From a virus, in IMG/VR virus record IMGVR_UViG_3300045988_081277, positions 1 through 36,691 of that record: a stretch of 36,691 bases of DNA; one strand, written 5' to 3'. Position 1 is the stretch's first letter, and every line of letters starts with the position of its first letter. Shown here piece after piece: positions 1 to 5,993 of this stretch. The position numbers and the translations under genes are program-made. Under the pieces are notes generated by a model. The model was given only the letters and a program-made list of their open reading frames with translations. It was not told the origin of the DNA and made no database searches.

Positions 1-29
1 GTGAGGGCTATCCCTCCAGTGGTTAAAAC
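1..29. repeat. Terminal direct repeat, identical to 36663..36691. It is most likely an assembly overlap of a circular or circularly permuted genome.
   Basis: gtgagggctatccctccagtggttaaaac is read at both ends of the window. The small ORF at the 3' end and a hairpin (16..35) run across the junction. Confidence 0.9.
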
Positions 30-54
30 CACTGGTATCTCGCCCACTATATCA

Positions 55-825
55 ATGAAAGATATACAAGTATTTAATTATAACGATGTTGAATTACCAG
101 TGAGAACAAATAATGATGGTTCAATTGAATTTGATGCTGAACAAGCTGCTATTGGTTTTGGAATTTGTCTTGAAAAACAAGGCGTTAAATATGTTCGTTG
201 GGAACGAGTGCGAAAGTATTTAAATTCTCCACAAGTGGAGAAAGGTGATTTTATCACTGAACCACAGTTCTACAAATTAGCAATTAAGGCAAATAATCCA
301 GCTGCCGAAAAATTCCAAGATTGGGTTACTAGTGAAGTACTACCATCCATCCGTAAACATGGTACCTATATGACGCCGGACAAGATCGATGAAATTTTAT
401 CAGATCCAGATACAATTATCAAATTAGCTACACAATTAAAAGTAGAACGTGAAGGACGACTAGTTGCTGAACAACGAGTTAACGAACTGACACCTAAAGC
501 TAGTTATTATGACCTTGTTCTACAAAACAAAACGCTGGTTACAATTACACAAATTGCCAAAGACTATGGTATGAGTGGCCAAGAGCTAAACCGTAAGTTA
601 CATGAGCTAGGCGTTATCTATAGGCAAGGTAAAACTTGGTTATTGTATAGCAAGTATCAACGAACAGGTTGGACCCAATCAGAAACGTTTATGGCTCCTA
701 AACCAGACGGTACACAGAAGGCTGTGATGCATACCAAATGGACACAGAAAGGACGCCTGGGCTTATATGAGTTGCTGAAGCAAAACGGGTTCTTGCCATT
801 AATCGAGTTAGAAAGTGAAGACTAA
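55..825 (+). CDS. Phage antirepressor, Bro-N domain plus KilAC/ANT-type C-terminal domain
   Basis: The N-terminus MKDIQVFNYNDVELPVRTNNDG..FDAEQAAIGFG and the FQDWVTSEVLPSIRKHGTYMTP motif are typical of Bro-N. The C-terminal part (ASYYDLVLQNKTLVTITQIAKDYGMSG..LN) is typical of KilAC. ATG 55 is chosen over GTG 1 because the domain starts there. It is a paralog of 30710..31480. Confidence 0.85.
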   Translation: MKDIQVFNYNDVELPVRTNNDGSIEFDAEQAAIGFGICLEKQGVKYVRWERVRKYLNSPQVEKGDFITEPQFYKLAIKANNPAAEKFQDWVTSEVLPSIRKHGTYMTPDKIDEILSDPDTIIKLATQLKVEREGRLVAEQRVNELTPKASYYDLVLQNKTLVTITQIAKDYGMSGQELNRKLHELGVIYRQGKTWLLYSKYQRTGWTQSETFMAPKPDGTQKAVMHTKWTQKGRLGLYELLKQNGFLPLIELESED

Positions 826-839
826 AGGAGACGATAAAA

Positions 840-1046
840 ATGGAATTTGTAGGATATGTTGTAAAAATTAATAATTGTTATTATAGATCACAAATAAATG
901 GTGATTATATGATCTGTAAATCATTTGATGAAGCGATGAAAATTACATCAATTCGTTATGCTAGAAAAATCGCTGAAGAAACTGGTGGAGTAGTTAGACA
1001 AGTGTATGTTTCAGATGGAAAAATTGATGAATGTGGGGAGCGATAG
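840..1046 (+). CDS. Hypothetical protein
   Basis: ORF preceded by aaggagacgataaaaATG; no recognisable motif. Confidence 0.6.
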   Translation: MEFVGYVVKINNCYYRSQINGDYMICKSFDEAMKITSIRYARKIAEETGGVVRQVYVSDGKIDECGER

Positions 1047-1048
1047 TT

Positions 1049-1276
1049 ATGAAAATGCTAAATAAATTATTAACTTGGCTAGTAGGAATTGCAATTTTAG
1101 CAAACGGTATAATCTTGGTTTTAGAAATATTCTACTTCCCTGATATGTTTCTATTCAAGTTGTGGATCGCTGAGTTAGTAGCAACACTTGCAATAGTAGG
1201 GATCAAAGCGCATGTATCATATAAGGTTTTTGAGTCAGAGGAGGAAGAAAACAATGGAATTGATGGAAGAAATTAA
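1049..1276 (+). CDS. Small membrane protein (two predicted TM helices)
   Basis: MKMLNKLLTWLVGIAILANGIILVLEIFYF...; the internal ATG at 1049 follows ggggag. Confidence 0.55.
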   Translation: MKMLNKLLTWLVGIAILANGIILVLEIFYFPDMFLFKLWIAELVATLAIVGIKAHVSYKVFESEEEENNGIDGRN

Positions 1277-1640
1277 AGAGCTTAAAAAATACAAAGAAGA
1301 TAAAGATTTACCAATTGCAGAATTAGCAAGAAGGATTGAAGCTGATGATACAACGGTTGGCAGATGGTTAAAAGGTATGGCTACACCTAGCGACTATTCT
1401 TTACTCAAAGTGCGAAGATTTTTAGATAGTGTCAAAGGCTGGGAAGGCTCGAAAACACTAGAACCATTTAAAAATAAAATAACTAGAGAGCACGAACGAG
1501 CAAAGAAAGATATTAACTATCTAAAACAACGTATTAAGGCTTTAAACGATATTGAAGAGTTGGATCCACTGGTGGCCGAATTAAACACCATTACACAGCT
1601 TGGAAAACTTATGCTTGATGCTTACGACACTACATTTTAG
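1254..1640 (+). CDS. HTH-containing hypothetical protein
   Basis: ATG 1254 follows gaggaggaag. LPIAELARRIEADDTTVGRWLKG looks like a helix-turn-helix. Its 3' end is duplicated at 1971..2097. Confidence 0.7.
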   Translation: MELMEEIKELKKYKEDKDLPIAELARRIEADDTTVGRWLKGMATPSDYSLLKVRRFLDSVKGWEGSKTLEPFKNKITREHERAKKDINYLKQRIKALNDIEELDPLVAELNTITQLGKLMLDAYDTTF

Positions 1641-1664
1641 ACACCAAATTAGGAGGACAAACAA

Positions 1665-1949
1665 ATGAATTCAGAAACAGATATCAATTGCAACACCGAT
1701 TTTGCTGAAGTTAAATCAGAAGAAGAAAAAATTAAGTGTAAAAAAGTGGCGGTTTTTCTAGCCAATGGTACAGAAATGGTAACTAACAACGTTTTGAGTG
1801 TTAGTGAATACACTAACGAACGTGGCGGGCTTGCACTTGAACTTTGTGGCAAAAGCAAAACAGGGAAAACCAAAAAGATGGTTTTCAATCTAACAAGCAG
1901 TAACGTTATTGGATATTCAATAGAAGATCAAGAAACGAGCAAATCTTAA
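1665..1949 (+). CDS. Hypothetical protein
   Basis: Strong RBS (taggaggacaaacaaATG); no motif recognised. Confidence 0.7.
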   Translation: MNSETDINCNTDFAEVKSEEEKIKCKKVAVFLANGTEMVTNNVLSVSEYTNERGGLALELCGKSKTGKTKKMVFNLTSSNVIGYSIEDQETSKS

Positions 1950-1962
1950 GGCTTGACCTTAA

Positions 1963-2097
1963 CAAGTCGTAAACTATCTAAAACAACGTATTAGCACTTT
2001 AAACGATATTGAAGATTTAGGTGCATTAGTAACTGAATTAAATATTATCACACAGCTTGGAAGCCTTGCGCGTGATGCTCACAAGACGTCATTCTAA
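1963..2097 (+). pseudogene. Start-less remnant copy of the 3' end of gene 1254..1640
   Basis: It translates to ..NYLKQRISTLNDIEDLGALVTELNIITQLGSLARDAHKTSF*, against INYLKQRIKALNDIEELDPLVAELNTITQLGKLMLDAYDTTF* at 1515..1640. There is no start codon or RBS. Confidence 0.75.
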
Positions 2098-2122
2098 AAA
2101 TATCAACAAAGGAGAAATTAGC

Positions 2123-2383
2123 ATGAACTATCAAAAGAAAGTAGATATGAAAGAAGTTAAAGAAATACAGAAACAAACAACTGAGATAGCTAAAATTTTG
2201 AAAAAAGAGGGCTATGAAGCGGGAGTAATAGCGTTAGGCAAAGGCACAGGAGTCGCGACTAATGTTTTTGGCAGCAGAAAAGATGTGCTATTTACTGTAT
2301 ACACTATTTTGGAAAATTTGAAAGAAGAAGACAAACTAATACTTTTATCTATGATCTCAGGTATCAAATTAGGAGATAAATAA
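2123..2383 (+). CDS. Hypothetical protein
   Basis: aaaggagaaattagcATG; MNYQKKVDMKEVKEIQK... Confidence 0.7.
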   Translation: MNYQKKVDMKEVKEIQKQTTEIAKILKKEGYEAGVIALGKGTGVATNVFGSRKDVLFTVYTILENLKEEDKLILLSMISGIKLGDK

Positions 2384-2400
2384 TTAAAATTTTGACCTTA

Positions 2401-2436
2401 GTTTCAGAGGAATGTTAAATCAATTGACCTTAGCAC
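2401..2436 (+). repeat. Solitary CRISPR-repeat-like unit, copy A (type II-A-like 5' handle)
   Basis: The sequence is GTTTCAGAGGAATGTTAAATCAATTGACCTTAGCAC. Its core matches 36509..36531 at 20/23 positions. It is bracketed by TTGACCTTAG at 2392..2401 and 2424..2433. Confidence 0.4.
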
Positions 2437-2871
2437 GTCATTAAACTGCTAAATACTGACGTGGTTATTTGAACGGTATACATTCACAAAAAACCGTAAA
2501 TCAGGATCTCGCAAATAACGACACAGTACAGGCTTAGCATCTGTCGAAGGGTGCTGAGTCATAGGTGGTAAAGATGCAAGGAAGCTATAAAACAAAAATT
2601 TATTAAAAAGGTAGGTGTAATTTCCCTTTCTCATTAATTCATGCAGTAGCAGCCAAGCAAATTTATTGCCGAAACTAGACTATCCTTAGTTGCAGACTGC
2701 AAATTGTGAGCAAAAAAATTATGAAAGAAGGTTCAAGCCTTCGTATATTCTTCGTATCTTGTTTGCAACTAATCTGCCTTGTATCCGCAAGATTTGAGCC
2801 GGTCACACGTTTTGAGGGCGTGGCAAGGTATTTATACCGGTATAATATTAAAACGATAAGGAGAGGTAAAA

Positions 2872-3366
2872 ATGGAGCTTATAACAGCAATTCACAACTT
2901 AGAACAATGGAAACCGATTATGGAGTGGGACGATCACATAAAGGAGCTGCCAGACGGGTTAAAAGAAAGCTGGAATAGAATTTTACAAGCCAGAGATATA
3001 GGGCTGATGGATAGATTAGGGTTGACACAAACCGAAATCAGAGAAATATCCGAGCTGATAAACAATGATGTGCTACCGACTGAAGCATTTAGAAGATATG
3101 GGATCAAGTATGCCAAACGCCTAGCCAAGAGACTGGGTATGGAAGATGTGATTGATAATTATTACAAGCGGGTAAAGTCGTATTATTTGATAGACCCTGT
3201 TACTAAAGAAAAACATCAGTTTTATAGGTTACAAGATGCGGCTGAGTTTCTAGGAAGAAAAGACTATAGATCATTGCCACAATACATTGATAGAGCTTTG
3301 CTCATTCCAAGAACAAGCTACAAGATTTATAGATACAGAACATTCAAGAAAAGAAAGAGGTTTTAA
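2872..3366 (+). CDS. Hypothetical protein
   Basis: taaggagaggtaaaaATG; 164 aa with a basic C-terminus; no motif recognised. Confidence 0.7.
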   Translation: MELITAIHNLEQWKPIMEWDDHIKELPDGLKESWNRILQARDIGLMDRLGLTQTEIREISELINNDVLPTEAFRRYGIKYAKRLAKRLGMEDVIDNYYKRVKSYYLIDPVTKEKHQFYRLQDAAEFLGRKDYRSLPQYIDRALLIPRTSYKIYRYRTFKKRKRF

Positions 3367-3367
3367 T

Positions 3368-3559
3368 ATGAAAAAGATCATGGCGTTAATTTTTACAATA
3401 ATTTCAGGAGTAAGCATGTTTGGAGTCATTACAGGATATATACTTGATGCACTTGGCTTATGTGGAGCAGGCTTCTATCTAATAGGAATTGGAGAAGTTG
3501 TATGTGTTGCATCTGCAGCGGTAGTTGTCACAATTGGTATTTTTAGTTATTTAGAGTAA
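3368..3559 (+). CDS. Small membrane protein (two TM helices)
   Basis: MKKIMALIFTIISGVSMFGVITGYILDALGLCGAGFYLIGIGEVVCVASAAVVVTIGIF; ATG 3368 follows agaggtttta. Confidence 0.6.
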   Translation: MKKIMALIFTIISGVSMFGVITGYILDALGLCGAGFYLIGIGEVVCVASAAVVVTIGIFSYLE

Positions 3560-3646
3560 TAGGGTATAAAAAAACGTACTCCTACAATAAAGAAGTACGC
3601 GGATCATATTAGTTTAAACAATTATATCATAAGGAGTGCAGGCTTT

Positions 3647-4087
3647 GTGGAAGATATGTTACTAGATTTACCTCAAATTGATTATGATGGAACAGCTGAT
3701 AACGTTGTAAAGTTCCTGACAAACAGAAGTTATTACCCTAGATTGTATGATATATACATGCAAGCTAATCCAGAGAAATTACAGAGTCCAAGTTTGAGTG
3801 GTATGCCTGGAGGTAGTGTTGGAAACAGCAACGAAAATAAAATGATCAAATATTTGTATGCAAAGGCAATTGTGGATGGAGTTAGGCAAACGATAGACAA
3901 GGGTTCGCATGAGTTAAAAGTAGTGTTTAGTAACATAACCGGAGAGATAAGTGCGGTTGAAGCGATGCGAATGCTACACTATGAAAAAACAAGATACTAC
4001 TTAATTAGAAAACAGGCTTTAAATGAATTTGCCGATATTTTAGAAGTTCAAAATTTGCATTGCCCAGATCTACATGCTTATATTTGA
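3647..4087 (+). CDS. ArpU-family phage late transcriptional regulator
   Basis: Its length, its position just upstream of the packaging module, and motifs (VVKFL..., LQSPSLSGMPGGSVGNSNENKM, RYYLIRKQALNEFA) are characteristic of the ArpU family. The start is GTG 3647 or ATG 3656, after aaggag. Confidence 0.8.
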   Translation: MEDMLLDLPQIDYDGTADNVVKFLTNRSYYPRLYDIYMQANPEKLQSPSLSGMPGGSVGNSNENKMIKYLYAKAIVDGVRQTIDKGSHELKVVFSNITGEISAVEAMRMLHYEKTRYYLIRKQALNEFADILEVQNLHCPDLHAYI

Positions 4088-4148
4088 ATATTGCATAAAA
4101 GTGGAGGTCAAAGGGATTTGTTGAAAACGTACATTGAAAACAAAAAGG

Positions 4149-4177
4149 ATGCAATCAAACGGAAAAGGTGTTATTAT
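4149..4177 (+). promoter_or_regulatory. Sigma-A-type promoter with extended -10 (ATGCAA, 17 nt, TGtTATTAT)
   Basis: It has the same gtgttattatat core as the promoter at 24991..25018. It lies in an ORF-free region. Confidence 0.55.
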
Positions 4178-4184
4178 ATTATTG

Positions 4185-4559
4185 TCGAAAGACATAGTTA
4201 ATCATTCATTTCAAAATTAAATAGTTTGCTTTTCAAAGACAGTGAGATGAGTTCGACTCGTCTCTTATGTGGTGTGTAGGAACACCGCACTCTGACATTA
4301 AATAACTTTAGCGTGATATTCTTTAGTTTCTCATGGCTGAGAATAAGCCTCCTTTAGAATGATATTTACTGGAGTGTGGTTCCGGTTCGACCCCGGAACA
4401 CTGCTTTGTGTGTATAGCACTATCTATACCGCAACCACGGCGTTATGTGGTTATAATTGTAATTCCTACTGTTATTTATGTTTGGTTTTTAACTATCATT
4501 TTTCATTTTATTCCATTTCTTTACTAGAGATCAGTCTGTTAGGCTGGTCTTTTTATTTT
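4185..4559 (+). ncRNA. Candidate structured non-coding RNA of about 370 nt (unclassified)
   Basis: It has its own promoter and an intrinsic terminator. Hairpins lie at 4244..4264, 4269..4288, 4328..4343, 4376..4401, 4412..4429 and 4433..4452. There is no ORF with an RBS. Confidence 0.5.
4529..4559 (+). terminator. Rho-independent terminator
   Basis: gatcagtc-tgtta-ggctggtc is an 8-bp stem (two G-U pairs) followed by tttttatttt. Confidence 0.7.
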
Positions 4560-4582
4560 GCAGAGAAGAGGGGGTAATACTA

Positions 4583-5476
4583 ATTTTACGACTAGACGAA
4601 AGAAAAATTCGAAAAGGAAAACCTATTGGACTCCCATATGTTGGAAGCAAGAAAAAAATATCAAAAAAAATCGTGGAGATAATCAAACAAAACTTCGGAA
4701 CTGATATACCAGTTTACGATGTTTTCGGCGGTGGTGGCGCAATTACTGCAGAACTGCTATTGAATAATATGCAGGCCCACTACAATGACTTAGACAGCGA
4801 TGTTACAAGTATGTTTACCAGAGTTATCTCACAAGATAGAGAATGGATCAAAACATTGGCTGTTTCACGCGATGAGTTTCTAACTATCCGTGATAAAAAA
4901 GGAAAAACAGTTGATGACAATTTGAAGTTACTGGTCAATTCTTTTGCGAATAATTCAAAAAATTACTTGTACTGCAAAGAACAGTCCAGGGCAAAATACA
5001 ATCTCGCAATTGAAATTATAAAAAAACATGATGTGTTTAGTGGCTACAAGCAAACGGGAACCTATCGAAACGCTAAACAATCATGGCGACCGGAGCAGTT
5101 AGAACGACTACAACAATTAGAACAACTACAACAATTAGAACAACTACAACAGTTGAAGGAAGCGCGAGGCCCAGAGATAACTAATTATGACTATACAGCA
5201 TTTTCAAATGTTGAGAATGCTATTTTTTATCTGGACCCGCCATACCAAAACACAATGAATGGATATAAATTTGAGTTCAATCATTCGTTATTTTATGACT
5301 GGTGTGTTGAGATGGCAAAAAAAAATATTGTAATTATTTCCAGCTACAGCATTCCAGATCCGCGTTTTAAGGTTGTTTGGGAGTTTAAAACGGCACGTGG
5401 TTCGTTTGCTGGAGGCGTAAATAAGAAGTATGAGCAACTTTACATGGTTTCGGAAGGATTAAATCAACTAAGCTAA
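4583..5476 (+). CDS. Orphan N6-adenine DNA methyltransferase (Dam-like, DPPY class)
   Basis: It contains VFGGGGAIT (FxGxG SAM motif) and FYLDPPYQNT (motif IV). The conserved N-terminal PYVGSKKK box lies upstream of the GTG 4673 used in the ORF track. That upstream extension has no ATG/GTG/TTG, and a GAGGGGG SD at 4568..4574 points to an ATT/ATA-type start near 4577..4583. Confidence 0.7.
   Translation: MLRLDERKIRKGKPIGLPYVGSKKKISKKIVEIIKQNFGTDIPVYDVFGGGGAITAELLLNNMQAHYNDLDSDVTSMFTRVISQDREWIKTLAVSRDEFLTIRDKKGKTVDDNLKLLVNSFANNSKNYLYCKEQSRAKYNLAIEIIKKHDVFSGYKQTGTYRNAKQSWRPEQLERLQQLEQLQQLEQLQQLKEARGPEITNYDYTAFSNVENAIFYLDPPYQNTMNGYKFEFNHSLFYDWCVEMAKKNIVIISSYSIPDPRFKVVWEFKTARGSFAGGVNKKYEQLYMVSEGLNQLS
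5096..5155 (+). repeat. 18-bp in-frame tandem repeat (3.3 copies) inside the methyltransferase gene
   Basis: cagttagaacgactacaa / caattagaacaactacaa / caattagaacaactacaa / cagttg; it encodes (LE[RQ]LQQ)n. Confidence 0.9.
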
Positions 5477-5484
5477 GGCAGAAG

Positions 5485-5979
5485 GTGGTGAGTATTGGTA
5501 CTATGGCAAAAGGATTGTATCAAAAGTGGCTAGAAGATGATAATTTAGTTTTACTCCAGGGATGGAAAAGAAATGGCCTAACTGATGAACAAATTGCTCA
5601 TAATATGGGCATAAGCGTCCACACTCTCAACCATTGGAAGCAAAAATACAAGCAGATAAGGCAATCTCTAAAAGTGGGACGCGAAACGGCCAACTTCATT
5701 GTTGAACGAGAGTTGTTCCAAAAGGCCATTAATGGTAATACTACTGCTATGATTTTTTGGCTAAAGAACAATTGGCGCGATAAATACAACGATAGTGAGT
5801 TGTCGCCAGAAGAACGTAAACTTGCTATTGCACGTATGAAGAAATTAGAAGTTGAAACTAAGAATGTTCAATTACGTAACAAGTCACTTGAAGAAAATGG
5901 CACTGATATTGAAGAAACACTTGATAGAATTATGGATAAGCTTAGCAGTGAAAGCAACAAAGGAAATAATAATAAATAA
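5485..5979 (+). CDS. terS: Terminase small subunit
   Basis: It has an HTH (LTDEQIAHNMGISVHTLNHWKQKY) and the NGNTTAMIFWLKNNWRDKY motif, and lies immediately upstream of terL. The start is GTG 5485 or ATG 5503. Confidence 0.8.
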   Translation: MVSIGTMAKGLYQKWLEDDNLVLLQGWKRNGLTDEQIAHNMGISVHTLNHWKQKYKQIRQSLKVGRETANFIVERELFQKAINGNTTAMIFWLKNNWRDKYNDSELSPEERKLAIARMKKLEVETKNVQLRNKSLEENGTDIEETLDRIMDKLSSESNKGNNNK

Positions 5980-5993
5980 GAAGAGCACTCACT

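Noticed and set aside
2706-2978. 90-aa GTG-initiated ORF, and the 61-aa minus-strand ORF 2449..2634, in the 2384..2871 gap.
   Set aside because: Neither has an SD sequence. The first overlaps the well-supported gene 2872..3366 out of frame. Their compositions look random.
4197-4217. Possible tracrRNA-like anti-repeat (GTTAATCATTCATTTCAAAAT), partly complementary to repeat-like units A and B.
   Set aside because: Against copy A there are about 15 pairs out of 18, with three mismatches and a bulge. Against copy B only 5+4 pairs are contiguous. In AT-rich sequence this is within chance expectation for a search of 36 kb on two strands. It is noted only as something to re-examine if the ncRNA is confirmed.
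4244-4401. Possible tRNA genes, suggested by two hairpins with GTTCGA(C) T-loop-like loops.
   Set aside because: I could not build a cloverleaf around either hairpin. There is no matching 7-bp acceptor stem, D-arm or anticodon arm at the right spacing, and one loop is only 5 nt. They are treated as T-loop-like motifs within a larger RNA. tRNAscan-SE or ARAGORN would settle this.
4359-4577. 72-aa + strand ORF inside the arpU-methyltransferase intergenic region.
   Set aside because: It has no RBS, because the upstream sequence is CCTCC, which is anti-SD-like. Its Cys/Tyr/Phe-rich composition is implausible. It also reads through an intrinsic terminator hairpin. The region is better explained as non-coding RNA or a packaging signal.
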